A stretch of DNA of 64,000 nucleotides from an uncultured Alistipes sp. (lineage in GTDB: Bacteria > Bacteroidota > Bacteroidia > Bacteroidales > Rikenellaceae). The stretch lies in assembly GCA_900769405.1 (NCBI GenBank), contig CAAGGL010000024.1:31749-95748 (forward strand). Reading direction: 5' to 3'. Under the pieces are notes generated by a model, which saw nothing but the letters and a program-made list of their open reading frames with translations, was not told where the DNA came from and ran no database searches. The position numbers and the translations under genes are program-made. Positions 19,335 to 29,717 of the stretch are shown one piece after another. Every line of letters begins with the position of its first letter. Position 1 is the stretch's first letter.

Positions 19335-20651
19335 ATGAACTACCAGATCAAATTTACCACCCCCGAAGAGGCGGTGAAAGTTGTTAAGTCGGGCGATCAC
19401 GTCCATCTGAGCTCGGTAGCAAGTGCTCCTCAGTGCCTGATCAAGGCATTGGTTGAGCGCGGTGCTAACCACGAGTTTGAGAATGTTCACATTCATCACC
19501 TTCACACCGAGGGTCCTGCTCCCTATGCAGCTCCCGAGTTCGAGGGTATCTTCCAGCTTGATTCGTTCTTTGTGGGCGGTAACGTACGTAAGGTAACCCA
19601 GAGCGGTTATGCTGACTACATTCCCGTATTCCTGAGCGAGACCCAGAAGCTCTATCGTTGCGGAGCTCTGCCTTGCGACGTTGCGATGATTCAGGTTTGT
19701 CCTCCCGACAAGCACGGCTACGTGTCGTTGGGTACTTCGGTTGACGCTACTCTGGCTGCAATCGAGCAGGCTAAGACCGTTATCGCAGTAGTTAATAAGT
19801 ATGTTCCCCGTGCTCACGGTCAGGCTCTGATCCCGATGTCGATGATCGACGTATTCGTTCAGGACGACCAGCCGCTGGAACCCGCTCACTTCACCGCTCC
19901 CAACGAGGTTGAGACTCTGATCGGTAAGCATTGCGCATCGTTGATCGAGGACGGTGCTTGCTTGCAGATGGGTATCGGTGCAATTCCCAACGCTGTATTG
20001 GCACAGCTGGGTGGTCACAAGAACCTGGGTATCCATACCGAGATGTTTGCTGACGGCGTATTGCCGCTGGTTGAGGCAGGCGTTATCAACGGTGCTAACA
20101 AGGGTACCGACCGCGGTAAGATGGTTTCGACCTTCTTGATGGGTTCGCAGGCTGTTTATGACTTTATCGATGACAACCCGGGCGTAGCAATGATGGACGT
20201 AGGTTACACCAACGACCCCTTCGTAATTGCTAAGAACCCCCGTATGACCGCTATCAACTCGGCATTGCAGATCGACCTCACCGGTCAGGTTTGCGCTGAC
20301 TCGCTGGGTACCCGTTTCTACTCGGGTGTAGGTGGTCAGGTTGACTTTATCTATGGTGCATCGTTGGCTAAGGAGGGTAAGTCGATCATCGCAATGCCTT
20401 CGGTAACCAATAAGGGCGTTAGCAAGATCGCTCCCGTGCTGACCGAGGGTGCAGGTGTTGTAACCACTCGTTCGCATATGCACTGGTTCGTAACCGAGTA
20501 TGGCGCAGTTGATCTGTATGGTAAGAGCTTGCAGGAGCGTGCTCGTCTGTTGATCTCGGTGGCACACCCCGATCACCGCGAGGCTCTGGACAAGGCAACC
20601 TTCGAGCGCTACGGTTCGCACCACCACTACATTAAGAAGTGTATGGAGTAA
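19335..20651 (+). CDS. acetyl-CoA hydrolase/transferase family protein (4-hydroxybutyrate / succinyl-CoA:acetate CoA-transferase-like)
   Basis: 438 aa; family motifs incl. C-terminal SGVGGQVDF. Confidence 0.8.
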   Translation: MNYQIKFTTPEEAVKVVKSGDHVHLSSVASAPQCLIKALVERGANHEFENVHIHHLHTEGPAPYAAPEFEGIFQLDSFFVGGNVRKVTQSGYADYIPVFLSETQKLYRCGALPCDVAMIQVCPPDKHGYVSLGTSVDATLAAIEQAKTVIAVVNKYVPRAHGQALIPMSMIDVFVQDDQPLEPAHFTAPNEVETLIGKHCASLIEDGACLQMGIGAIPNAVLAQLGGHKNLGIHTEMFADGVLPLVEAGVINGANKGTDRGKMVSTFLMGSQAVYDFIDDNPGVAMMDVGYTNDPFVIAKNPRMTAINSALQIDLTGQVCADSLGTRFYSGVGGQVDFIYGASLAKEGKSIIAMPSVTNKGVSKIAPVLTEGAGVVTTRSHMHWFVTEYGAVDLYGKSLQERARLLISVAHPDHREALDKATFERYGSHHHYIKKCME

Positions 20652-20668
20652 CGCGCGTTCCGCACGCA

Positions 20669-20713
20669 ATATGAACTGAGGTCGCACCCAAGCGGGTTGC
20701 GACCTCTCTTTTT
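20669..20713. terminator. bidirectional rho-independent terminator
   Basis: GGTCGCA-cccaagcgggt-TGCGACC followed by TCTCTTTTTTT, abutting trxA stop. Confidence 0.7.
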
Positions 20714-21022
20714 TTACTCTTTTTCGATCCGAGCGATTATGTCGGCAAGGTGGTCGGCACTTACCACGCCACTGCCGCGCCACGCCACCTTCCCCGCGCG
20801 ATAGATAACCAGCGTCGGCACCGAGCGCACATTATGGTCAGCTACGAGTTGCGCATTTTGGGGGTCGTCGATGTCGTAACGAAGGATAGTTACGCGCTGA
20901 CCGAGCGTCGCGGCCAGGCGATCGAGTATGGGGTGCATCGTGCGGCACGGACCGCACCACGTGGCATAGAAATCGACCAAAGTAGGTGTCGAACGAGCGA
21001 TTGTCTGTTTGAAATTTTCCAT
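20714..21022 (-). CDS. trxA: thioredoxin
   Basis: 102 aa with WCGPC active site. Confidence 0.92.
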   Translation of the reverse strand: MENFKQTIARSTPTLVDFYATWCGPCRTMHPILDRLAATLGQRVTILRYDIDDPQNAQLVADHNVRSVPTLVIYRAGKVAWRGSGVVSADHLADIIARIEKE

Positions 21023-21049
21023 AATTGGTTGAGGTTTTTTTTGTGATGT

Positions 21050-22012
21050 TTAGTGTACTTCGACCCAGCTGCGCACCTGAGTCAGCGCATTCTCGACATC
21101 GCTGATGACGCGACGCAGACCCTCGTCGAGGGTTGTTGTGGGTTGCCAGCCAAGCATTTCGCGGGCGCGCGAGATGTCGGGCGACTTGTGTCGCGGATCG
21201 TCGTTGCGGGCATTTTGATGAATGATTTTCGAGCGGCTGCCGGTCATATCGATGATTTTCTCGGCCAGCGCACGGATCGAGATCTCGTGGTTGCTACCGA
21301 TGTTCACCGTCGGCACCTTCACGTCGGGCAGGCGGTTCATCAGTCGGATCAGACCGTCAACGAGGTCGCCCACCCAACAGAACGATCGCAACTGCTCGCC
21401 ATTGCCATAGATCGTCAGGTTGCGATTCGATAGCGCCTCGACAACCATCTTTGTGATCACGCGCTGGTCGTTCAGATCGGCTCCCGTGCCGTAGGTGTTG
21501 AATATTCGGGCGATCTTGCCATCAACCTGATACTCATCTTTGTAGGCTCGCACGAGACTCTCGGCGGCGCGCTTGCTTTCGGCAAGTGCCGAGCGTGCAG
21601 GCCCGAATGGTTGCTCTTCGTGCATCGACTGCTGACGTACGGCACCATAGACCGCACCCGACGAGGCAAAGAGCACACGCGAGCGGTTGATCTTGGCGCT
21701 TTCGAGGCAGTTGAGCGTGCCGATGATGTTGACTTTGTGCGTTTCGACCTCCATCGCCTGGTCGTATCGGAGAATCGAGGGCGAGGCGAGATTGTAGATC
21801 TCGTCGACGTTTATACCGAACTGATTTACAACGTTGTGGCGAATGTAGTTGAAGTTGGTGAGCGCCATCATTTCGCGCAGGATAGGCGAGGACTCGCAAC
21901 TCCGAATATCCATACAATAGACGTCGTAGTTGCGATCTACCAACGAGCGGCATAGGTGCGAGCCGATCAATCCCGCACCGCCGATAACGAGAATACGCTT
22001 TGAATCGTTCAT
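21050..22012 (-). CDS. NAD-dependent epimerase/dehydratase (UDP-glucuronate decarboxylase-like SDR)
   Basis: 320 aa; Rossmann GGAGLIGSH, YxxxK catalytic region, C-terminal DDPRHKSPDISRAREMLGWQP resembling UXS. Confidence 0.7.
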   Translation of the reverse strand: MNDSKRILVIGGAGLIGSHLCRSLVDRNYDVYCMDIRSCESSPILREMMALTNFNYIRHNVVNQFGINVDEIYNLASPSILRYDQAMEVETHKVNIIGTLNCLESAKINRSRVLFASSGAVYGAVRQQSMHEEQPFGPARSALAESKRAAESLVRAYKDEYQVDGKIARIFNTYGTGADLNDQRVITKMVVEALSNRNLTIYGNGEQLRSFCWVGDLVDGLIRLMNRLPDVKVPTVNIGSNHEISIRALAEKIIDMTGSRSKIIHQNARNDDPRHKSPDISRAREMLGWQPTTTLDEGLRRVISDVENALTQVRSWVEVH

Positions 22013-22080
22013 TTTAGGGAGTTTTTGCTATCGTTGCATTGATTCCAAAAACTGTGCCCCGCGCGTCGTCCTCGTCCGAC

Positions 22081-22110
22081 AAAAAAACTCCACCCTGCGC
22101 AGGTGGAGTC
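22081..22110 (-). terminator. rho-independent terminator of radA
   Basis: minus-strand reading: GGACTCCACC-tgcgcag-GGTGGAG followed by T7. Confidence 0.75.
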
Positions 22111-22132
22111 CTTTGGAGTCTATTTTTGCGGT

Positions 22133-23515
22133 CTATCGCTCTTCGTAATCGCTCTGGAAAATGGCGGCGGGTAGCTCGTCGATGCGACTCACATAGCGCA
22201 CCTCGATACCCTTCGGCGGCTTGGGCAGATCCTTACGCAGGTAGCCCGAAACCACAATTCGGCGGAATCCCAGACGTGCCGCCTCGGCAATACGCTGCTC
22301 GCTACGCGGCGCGGGACGCACCTCGCCCGACAGACCGATCTCGCCGGCGCAACAAACGCCCTCGATCAGTGGTTTATCAAAGTATGATGAGATCACCGCA
22401 GCGACAATCGCCAAATCCATACCCGTGTCGGCAATCTTGAAACCGCCCGCGAAATTGAGGAATACGTCCTTCGTGAACATCTTCATTCCCACGCGCTTTT
22501 CGAGAACAGCCAACAGCATATTCATTCGGCGCGAGTCGTAACCCGTGGTCGAGCGCTGCGGAGTGCCGTATGCGGCGTTGCAAACTAATGCCTGTGTTTC
22601 AATTAGATAGGGACGTATGCCATCGACTGCCGCGCCGACTGCAATACCGCTCAGTGGTTCGTCATAGTGTGACAAGAGTATCTTCGACGGATTGTCAACC
22701 TCGATCAAACCCTCGTTGCGCATCTCGAAAACACCGATCTCGAACGTCGCGCCGAAACGATTCTTGATGCCGCGCAGGATTCGGTAGACGTTGTTGCCGT
22801 CACCCTCGAATTGGAGCACCACATCGACAATATGTTCCAAGATTTTCGGACCTGCGATGGTGCCGTCTTTGGTGATGTGACCGATGATAAATATCGAGGT
22901 GCCCGTACTTTTTGCATATTTGAGCAGCGTGGCAGCGCACTCGCGAATCTGCGAAACACTACCTGCCGACGATTCGATCATCTCGGTGTAAACTGTTTGT
23001 ATCGAGTCGATTATAACAATGTCGGGCGCTATCTCCTCGATCTGCGAAACGATGTTTTCGAGCAATGTTTCGGAGTATATCAGGCAGTTGTCGTTGGTCG
23101 TGCCGATACGCGATGCTCGCATTTTGATCTGCTGCGGCGACTCCTCGCCCGAAACGTAGAGCACCTTCAATCCGTGCGGTGCGAGGGCAAGTTGCAGACT
23201 GAGGGTCGATTTACCAATACCGGGCTCGCCGCCCAACAGTACGAGCGATCCGCGCACCAAGCCACCGCCCAGAACGCGATTCAACTCGCCGTTACCCAGG
23301 TCGATACGCTCGTGCACCTGCTCCTCGATCTGCGCAATGGTCTGCGGACGCGATTGGGGCAGTCGCACAGCGGCAGCGGCCGATGCGGTCGAGGCCTTGG
23401 CGATAATCTCCTCGGCGAAGGTGTTCCACTCGCCACACGAGGGGCAGCGACCGATCCATTTCGGTGCTTCGTAGCCGCAGTTGCGACAGAAATATGCCTT
23501 CTTGACCTTTGCCAT
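22133..23515 (-). CDS. radA: DNA repair protein RadA/Sms
   Basis: 460 aa; N-terminal C4 zinc finger (CRNCGY...CPSCGEW), RecA-like Walker A GEPGIGKST, Lon-like C-terminal domain. Confidence 0.92.
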   Translation of the reverse strand: MAKVKKAYFCRNCGYEAPKWIGRCPSCGEWNTFAEEIIAKASTASAAAAVRLPQSRPQTIAQIEEQVHERIDLGNGELNRVLGGGLVRGSLVLLGGEPGIGKSTLSLQLALAPHGLKVLYVSGEESPQQIKMRASRIGTTNDNCLIYSETLLENIVSQIEEIAPDIVIIDSIQTVYTEMIESSAGSVSQIRECAATLLKYAKSTGTSIFIIGHITKDGTIAGPKILEHIVDVVLQFEGDGNNVYRILRGIKNRFGATFEIGVFEMRNEGLIEVDNPSKILLSHYDEPLSGIAVGAAVDGIRPYLIETQALVCNAAYGTPQRSTTGYDSRRMNMLLAVLEKRVGMKMFTKDVFLNFAGGFKIADTGMDLAIVAAVISSYFDKPLIEGVCCAGEIGLSGEVRPAPRSEQRIAEAARLGFRRIVVSGYLRKDLPKPPKGIEVRYVSRIDELPAAIFQSDYEER

Positions 23516-23522
23516 ACCTCAA

Positions 23523-24173
23523 TTAATATTGCTCCAATTGCCAGCCCGCCTCGTCCTCGATTCGTTCGCGTAACGAGCCTTCGGGCAGTGCATCGATAAA
23601 TTCTCGTGCGGCTACACGTTGCTCTTCCGAGCGCGATCCGCAAGCGCCAATCAGCACTGCGGCACCGTGCGCCGTAACCACCTCCAAACCCGCAGGAACG
23701 CTCTTCAAAGCGTCAGCGAGCGCGGTAGCAATATCGTTTATATTCAAGTCGTTGCAACGTCCGCCCACGAGCATTGCGGCATAGCGCAACAACGCATTGT
23801 CAGCCGACAACCACTCGCCGATAGCCTCTTTGGCGATCTTCGTGCGGGCGATCAGTACCGTCGCTACGTTCTCTGCCATCTCGACCGTCGTAACGGCCTT
23901 AGCCCAGAAGGGTAGCTCGTCGATTGTCACATTCTCGGGCACAGCGATGCTCAACGCCGCGAGTTGCAACTCACGCACCTGCTGCTGATAGAGCAGTCGC
24001 GCTAACTCGTCGTCGGGGGCATATTGTCGAGCCAATGCGCGCACGGTCGGGATGCTGACGCCATAACTCAGTGCATACTCGATACCCTTTTCGCGCATCG
24101 AATCGACCACGGCGCCATTCATCTCACGACGCAGTTCGCCCAGCAACGCGACCATTCGTGAAGTAGCGTTCAT
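23523..24173 (-). CDS. HEAT-repeat DNA alkylation repair enzyme-like protein (AlkD family, tentative)
   Basis: 216 aa all-helical; resemblance to DNA_alkylation (AlkC/AlkD) family; translationally tight with radA. Confidence 0.45.
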   Translation of the reverse strand: MNATSRMVALLGELRREMNGAVVDSMREKGIEYALSYGVSIPTVRALARQYAPDDELARLLYQQQVRELQLAALSIAVPENVTIDELPFWAKAVTTVEMAENVATVLIARTKIAKEAIGEWLSADNALLRYAAMLVGGRCNDLNINDIATALADALKSVPAGLEVVTAHGAAVLIGACGSRSEEQRVAAREFIDALPEGSLRERIEDEAGWQLEQY

Positions 24174-24184
24174 TGCCGTAAGGA

Positions 24185-25096
24185 TTATTTCTTCTGGGTA
24201 TTAACGATCTCGACTACCTTACCATACTGGAAGATAGGCAGTTCGCTCTCGGCAATCATACCGCGGCTATCCGACAGACGGCAGACAACATTGTCAGCCA
24301 CGCGGAACGGAACGGCATAACGTGTGTCGCGCTCGCTCTTCAACGTGAGGCCCTCGGTCGGGATATTGCCGCTGGGCATCAACTCCAATACGATCGGCTG
24401 AGCCGAGAGGTTGCTTGCGGGCTCGATACCGGTCTGCTCGCTGAAACGGCAGAGGATATACTTTGTTTTTGCGGCCTCGGGAACTACCGAAATGGTCTTC
24501 ACGGTGCGGGTTACGACCTGCTTACCGAGGAAGAGTTCGAGATACTCCTGTTCGAGGCGGTTGATCTCGTCGAGAGCAGCCTTCAAACCTGCGCCATAGA
24601 CATTCTCACCCACGTCGCCCGAAACGAGTTCGATGCGTACCTTGCGCAATTTGAAGATTGTGTTTGCAGCCTCCTGCGCAGCTGTTTCGAGGGGAACCTC
24701 GGTCGATGAGAGTTTGTTGGGCAACACTTTGGGGAACTCCTCCGCCGTGCCACGCAACGAAACCACCTTGCACTCCTCGGTGAATTCGGGAGCTACGGTT
24801 GCGGGCGCAGTGTCGGCAGCTGTGATCGTAGCCTCAACAATCGAGTGGCTCACTTTGTCGGTCAATGCGGCGCGCGCACCAAGATACTTCTGCGCAAAAC
24901 GTGCGTAGGGACCCACGACGGTAATCTGCTTTTCGACAACCAGATTTACGGTCAGCGTTGTCTGCGGGTGCGACAGCGTTGTTACGCCATTCTCCTCGAC
25001 GATACCGACCTTAGCGGCGGTAAAATTTTGAGCCGATGCGGTTGCTGCCATTGCCAGGCAGATGGCAGACGCGAATATTGTTTTAATGGTTTTCAT
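24185..25096 (-). CDS. secreted hypothetical protein (DUF4831-like, Bacteroidetes-specific)
   Basis: 303 aa with SPI-type signal peptide; family assignment from memory only. Confidence 0.45.
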   Translation of the reverse strand: MKTIKTIFASAICLAMAATASAQNFTAAKVGIVEENGVTTLSHPQTTLTVNLVVEKQITVVGPYARFAQKYLGARAALTDKVSHSIVEATITAADTAPATVAPEFTEECKVVSLRGTAEEFPKVLPNKLSSTEVPLETAAQEAANTIFKLRKVRIELVSGDVGENVYGAGLKAALDEINRLEQEYLELFLGKQVVTRTVKTISVVPEAAKTKYILCRFSEQTGIEPASNLSAQPIVLELMPSGNIPTEGLTLKSERDTRYAVPFRVADNVVCRLSDSRGMIAESELPIFQYGKVVEIVNTQKK

Positions 25097-25220
25097 AAGT
25101 TTCGTTGTTTGATAAGTTATTTTGCAAAGTTACTTTTTATTTGTTGAAAATAGTAAAAAATCTCCAACTTTTTATGTTTAATTCTTAACTTTGTGAATAA
25201 TCCATAAACCGATAATTGTT

Positions 25221-26108
25221 ATGTCCACTTCTACTGATTATTTTTTGGCGCACAATCTTAATGCGACCACTATACATACATTAGCCGATGACCTGCGAAG
25301 AGTGTATGGTGGGAAAGTTAGTCTTGTATATAATGATTGTTATGAATCTTTTCCACAATTTTCTAAAATAACTTGTCGCGAAGAGAGGTGGCTGTATGTT
25401 TTTGGGATATTAGTATCAAAGTTGGGTCTGAATTTACAACCACCACAGAAATTGCCTCGCGATAGTGATCCCTATATTGATTTTGAATTGAGTGATGATG
25501 TCTATATTGAACGAGCATTGTTAGCAGAATTTGCTGATCTTGCTGAACAGAAGGTAATGTCAGTCTATGAAGATTTATTAGTTTCGGATAATCCTGTAAT
25601 AAACGAAATAATAAATGAAATCTCAGAAGAAGTGAAGTATATGCTTGTGAGAATTAAAAGGTTGCGTGAAGATAGTTCTATCTTTTATCAAAACTATAAT
25701 TATCGAGCGTCTGAATGTCAAATCGGGGATTTCTCTCTACATACTTTAAGTGGTCATATTTATGCCCACAGATGGTCTGCAATGATTGAGATGTTAAAGA
25801 ATAGGTTCTCTGATCCATATTTCAAGGAGTATTGGCAAGATCTGCACGAGGAGAGAATAAAGCTATACAAATACGTTAAGCCGATAATGGCTTATGATCA
25901 CGTCTATTATCTTGGAGGAGAGGATGATATTATCGAATCCCCGACGGAAGAGGAGTTTATGAAACGATGCTGTGATGCGGGTTTGCTGATTTATAACCTA
26001 TCAGAAGCTATTATGTGTCCATCGAAACGCCCGAAATTAACTAATGGGTGGAGAGTGGCGATATATGATGATTTCAAGGATTTGAAACACAATGGAACGC
26101 TGTTCTAA
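25221..26108 (+). CDS. hypothetical cytoplasmic protein, AT-rich orphan gene
   Basis: 295 aa, no signal peptide, ~38% GC versus ~57% flanks; no recognisable domain. Confidence 0.5.
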   Translation: MSTSTDYFLAHNLNATTIHTLADDLRRVYGGKVSLVYNDCYESFPQFSKITCREERWLYVFGILVSKLGLNLQPPQKLPRDSDPYIDFELSDDVYIERALLAEFADLAEQKVMSVYEDLLVSDNPVINEIINEISEEVKYMLVRIKRLREDSSIFYQNYNYRASECQIGDFSLHTLSGHIYAHRWSAMIEMLKNRFSDPYFKEYWQDLHEERIKLYKYVKPIMAYDHVYYLGGEDDIIESPTEEEFMKRCCDAGLLIYNLSEAIMCPSKRPKLTNGWRVAIYDDFKDLKHNGTLF

Positions 26109-26809
26109 TGCAGATAAAATTCTTCGGTCAGACGGCTGTACTCCTCACTTCGTTGTCCGTTGTCGGCAGCAAGAATCAGTTGTTCGTGCTTGGCCTCGCA
26201 CACCGATAGCGACCACTCGCTCATCGTACGTTTGGGTGCGGCTCCACGCTTGGTGACCACCTCGCAACGACGGCGCAGGTGCAACCCCGCGGCAACGGCC
26301 TGCATCGCAAAGCGTCGCGCCTCGTCAGCAGGCAGAATCAACGCCATTCGCCCCTTGTCGGTCAGCAGTCGCTGCGCTGCGGCGATCAGATCGCGGTGGG
26401 GTAGCGAGCAGTTGTGGCGAGCAGTGGCACGCGAGGGATCGGGCGACTGCAATGTCTCGGAGAAGTAGGGCGGATTGCTCACAATCAGGTCGTAACGTTC
26501 CTCGGTGCCGAAATTCTGTATGGCGGTTTCGATCACTCGAATACGGTCGCTCCACGCCGAGCGAGAGATGTTCTCGCGGGCACACTCCGCCGCCGAGTGG
26601 TCGATCTCGATGGCGTCGATTGTGGCGGTGGCATTTCGCTGGGCACACATCAGCGCGATCAACCCCGTTCCGGTGCCGATGTCGGCAATGCGTTGCGCCG
26701 TGTCGCACGAGCACCACGCTCCGAGCAGCACACCGTCCGTGCCGACCTTCATTGCGCAACCTTCGTGATTGACTTCGAATTGTTTGAATGTGAAGCCCTT
26801 ACTTGCCAT
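26105..26809 (-). CDS. tRNA (adenine37-N6)-methyltransferase (TrmN6/YfiC-like)
   Basis: 234 aa; SAM motif DIGTGTG and N6-adenine MTase motif SNPPYF. Confidence 0.7.
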   Translation of the reverse strand: MASKGFTFKQFEVNHEGCAMKVGTDGVLLGAWCSCDTAQRIADIGTGTGLIALMCAQRNATATIDAIEIDHSAAECARENISRSAWSDRIRVIETAIQNFGTEERYDLIVSNPPYFSETLQSPDPSRATARHNCSLPHRDLIAAAQRLLTDKGRMALILPADEARRFAMQAVAAGLHLRRRCEVVTKRGAAPKRTMSEWSLSVCEAKHEQLILAADNGQRSEEYSRLTEEFYLH

Positions 26810-26814
26810 CGAAC

Positions 26815-27588
26815 CTACTCTTTGAGGAATCCGTCAATACCCGCACCGAACAGCGAGAAATCGAATCTCACGGGGTCGTTCGGGTCGAATTGACGCAACG
26901 CATCGGTGATCTGCTCGACCGCCTTCCAATCGCTTTGGCGGCGCGTAAGCAGCCCCAGCGCACGTCCCATATTTCCCGAATGAACATCGAGGGGCAGATA
27001 TAGCGCCGACATCGGGATCGACTCCCAAAGACCGAAATCGACACCTCGCTCGTCGCGACGCACCATCCAGCGCAGATACATATTCAGGCGCTTGCAAGCG
27101 GCACCCTTATCGATCGACGAGAGGTGCTTGCAGCAGTGCGGATCGTGCGGCGCAGCGAAAAATGCACGTCGGAACTCCGACAGCACCACGCGCATATCGC
27201 CCGTCGCGGCATATCGCCGCTCGAAGAAACCGCCAATGCCACCCTCCTCGGCATACATTCGGCGCATCGCCACCACAAACGAACGGAAGTCCGACCCGTT
27301 GAACGTGCGGTGAACGTAGCTGTTGAGTCGGTCGAGCTCATTCTCCGAAGCATTCATTGTGAAGTCGTAGGGCGCGCCGTCCATATATTCGACCATACGT
27401 CGTGCGCTCTTGACGATCGCTTTGCGGTTGCCCCAGGCGATCGTAGCGGCCAGCAGACCACTGATCTCGATATCCTCACGTCCTGAGAATGAGTGAGGTA
27501 TGCTGATCGGGTCGTCGGCGATGAACTCCTCGCGGTTATATTTGTCGTGCAATCTTTCGAGCAGATCGCGCAATTCTTCGTGGGTCAT
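26815..27588 (-). CDS. TIGR02757 / DUF2400-like family protein
   Basis: 257 aa; recollection of conserved Bacteroidetes family; uncertain. Confidence 0.45.
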   Translation of the reverse strand: MTHEELRDLLERLHDKYNREEFIADDPISIPHSFSGREDIEISGLLAATIAWGNRKAIVKSARRMVEYMDGAPYDFTMNASENELDRLNSYVHRTFNGSDFRSFVVAMRRMYAEEGGIGGFFERRYAATGDMRVVLSEFRRAFFAAPHDPHCCKHLSSIDKGAACKRLNMYLRWMVRRDERGVDFGLWESIPMSALYLPLDVHSGNMGRALGLLTRRQSDWKAVEQITDALRQFDPNDPVRFDFSLFGAGIDGFLKE

Positions 27589-27611
27589 AGTAGTAAAGCG
27601 TTATAGCCAAA

Positions 27612-28298
27612 CTATAATTGTGAATTGTGAATTGTGAATTGTGAATTTTCAACAATCTGACCGTCGCGCATTGTGATCTTTCGATCGGCCATCGATGCCA
27701 AACCCTCGTCGTGAGTGACGATAACGATAGTCTGTCCCAGTTCGTCGCGCAGACGGAAGAAGAGGCGGTGAATCTCGTCGCGGTTTACCGAGTCGAGGTT
27801 GCCCGAAGGCTCGTCGGCAAGCAGTACGGCAGGCGAATTGATCAGCGCACGCGCAATCGCAACTCGCTGCTGCTCACCGCCCGACATCGCCGTAGGCTTG
27901 TGGTCGCGACGACTCTCCAAACCCATCATCTTGATCAACTCGACGGCGCGACGCTCTGTTTCGTGGCGGTCGCGGTGACCGATCAAAGCGGGGATACAGA
28001 TATTCTCGAAGGCTGTGAATTCGGGCAGCAGATGGTGAAACTGAAAGACGAAACCGATCTGCGAATTACGGAAATCCGACAGCTCGCGGTCGCGCATCGC
28101 GCTGACATCGACGCCATTGATTCGCACCGTGCCGCTATCCTGACGCGACAACGTGCCCATCACCTGCAACAGCGTGGTTTTGCCTGCGCCACTTGCGCCG
28201 ACGATCGAAACCACCTCGCCACGATTCACCGTGAGCGACACCCCGCGCAAAACTTCGAGCGAACCGTAGCTCTTGCGTATATCCTTACACTCTATCAT
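27612..28298 (-). CDS. ABC transporter ATP-binding protein (LolD/MacB-type)
   Basis: 228 aa; Walker [10 protein letters not shown], signature MSGGEQQR, Walker [12 protein letters not shown]; C-terminal tail [11 protein letters not shown] encoded by heptamer repeat. Confidence 0.85.
   Translation of the reverse strand: MIECKDIRKSYGSLEVLRGVSLTVNRGEVVSIVGASGAGKTTLLQVMGTLSRQDSGTVRINGVDVSAMRDRELSDFRNSQIGFVFQFHHLLPEFTAFENICIPALIGHRDRHETERRAVELIKMMGLESRRDHKPTAMSGGEQQRVAIARALINSPAVLLADEPSGNLDSVNRDEIHRLFFRLRDELGQTIVIVTHDEGLASMADRKITMRDGQIVENSQFTIHNSQL
27616..27646. repeat. heptanucleotide tandem repeat (AATTGTG)x4.5 inside 3' end of ABC ATPase gene
   Basis: aattgtgaattgtgaattgtgaattgtgaatt read directly; non-triplet period. 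Confidence 0.95.
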
Positions 28299-28300
28299 TG

Positions 28301-29131
28301 TTATAAGTCGTTTTTGTTCAATTGGTTGTAGATTTTGACCACCTCGACCGCCTCGCGCGTGTCGTGTACGCGGAGAATTTTAGCGCCCTGACGCAACGCC
28401 TCCAAGTGAAGTGCCGTCGTGCCGTTCAGTGCCTCCGCAGGCGTCGAGCCGAGTAGCTTGTATATCATCGATTTGCGCGATATGCCGACCAACATCGGCG
28501 CACCCAAATCTTCAAGTCGATGCAGTCCGCTCATAAGTTGGTAATTTTGTTCGAGCGTCTTGGCAAATCCGAAACCCGGATCAATCACAATATCCTCGAT
28601 CCCGGCCGCGCGTAACTCGCTAATTTTCTGCACGAAATAGCTTCGCACTTCCTCCACTATGTCGCCGTAATCGGTCATCGACTGCATCGTGGTCGGCGTT
28701 CCTCGCATATGCATCGCTACGTAGGGCAGCCCCAAGCGCGCAACGGTCGTAATCATCTCAGGATCAAGTTCTCCCGCCGAAATATCGTTCACGATGCAGG
28801 CGCCCCATTCGTCCACGATGCGGCGTACCACTTCGGCACGAAACGTATCGATCGAAACCACCATTTCGGGGCACACTCTGCGAATGACCTTCATCGCACG
28901 CCCCACGCGCGCAATCTCCTCATCGACAGCGACATCGTCGGCATTTGGACGCGACGAGTATCCCCCGACATCAAGCATATCGGCGCCCTCCTCAATCGCT
29001 CGCACAACGTGGTGCTCAATCTCCTCCTCGGTGAATGAGCGACTGCCGTCATAGAACGAGTCGGGCGTGACGTTCACGATGGTCATCACGCGCGGCACAC
29101 TAAGGTCTATATGCTTGTTATTCAACTCCAT
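28301..29131 (-). CDS. folP: dihydropteroate synthase
   Basis: Pterin-binding domain motifs ([21 protein letters not shown]); start placed at MELNNKH to avoid 40-nt overlap with coaE. Confidence 0.88.
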   Translation of the reverse strand: MELNNKHIDLSVPRVMTIVNVTPDSFYDGSRSFTEEEIEHHVVRAIEEGADMLDVGGYSSRPNADDVAVDEEIARVGRAMKVIRRVCPEMVVSIDTFRAEVVRRIVDEWGACIVNDISAGELDPEMITTVARLGLPYVAMHMRGTPTTMQSMTDYGDIVEEVRSYFVQKISELRAAGIEDIVIDPGFGFAKTLEQNYQLMSGLHRLEDLGAPMLVGISRKSMIYKLLGSTPAEALNGTTALHLEALRQGAKILRVHDTREAVEVVKIYNQLNKNDL

Positions 29132-29717
29132 TGCTAAATATCTTGTGCAACTCTGCAACCTGCTTGCGAACTGCGTCGAGGTCGCTATTTACGATCGTAT
29201 GGTCGGCACGAGTCTCGCGCTCCGCATCGCTCATCTGCGCCTCAATGCGACGACGAATCACTTCCGCAGGGGCATTGTCGCGTGCTGCCGCGCGCTCGAT
29301 ACGCAACTCCTCAGGCGCCGAAACGGTCACCGTGCGATCGACCTTGCTGTCAAATCCGCAGTCGAAGAGTATGGCACTCTCCATAATCGCGTATGCCACG
29401 CCCTCGCCCTCGCGCTCTGCGCACCAACGCTCCCAATCGCGTCCTACGGCGGGGTGCACCGCGCCATTCAATGCTGCCAAACGCTCGCTGTTGCCAAATA
29501 CCTCGGCAGCCAATCGCGCACGATCGAGCGTCCCGTCAGCGCCATAAACCTCCGCACCAAAGAGCGCAACGAGCTCCTCGCGCAACTCCTCATCGTTCTG
29601 CATCAGCCATTTAGCGCGGCTGTCGCAGTCGTAGCAATGCGCACCCAACTCCTCGAACATTCGGCATACGGTGCTTTTGCCGCTACCGATACCACCCGTC
29701 AGTCCAACGCGAATCAC
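29118..29717 (-). CDS. coaE: dephospho-CoA kinase
   Basis: GTG start giving VIRVGLTGGIGSGKST P-loop at N-terminus; GTGA start/stop overlap with upstream gene. Confidence 0.85.
   Translation of the reverse strand: MIRVGLTGGIGSGKSTVCRMFEELGAHCYDCDSRAKWLMQNDEELREELVALFGAEVYGADGTLDRARLAAEVFGNSERLAALNGAVHPAVGRDWERWCAEREGEGVAYAIMESAILFDCGFDSKVDRTVTVSAPEELRIERAAARDNAPAEVIRRRIEAQMSDAERETRADHTIVNSDLDAVRKQVAELHKIFSNGVE

Noticed and set aside
27616-27646. Possible CRISPR array or invertible-promoter inverted repeats (the heptamer arrays)
   Set aside because: The units are 7 nt with no spacers, so this is not CRISPR. For DNA inversion the 4-kb enclosed block holds essential genes and lacks a recombinase; an RNA-level or slippage role seems more plausible, though inversion is not formally excluded.
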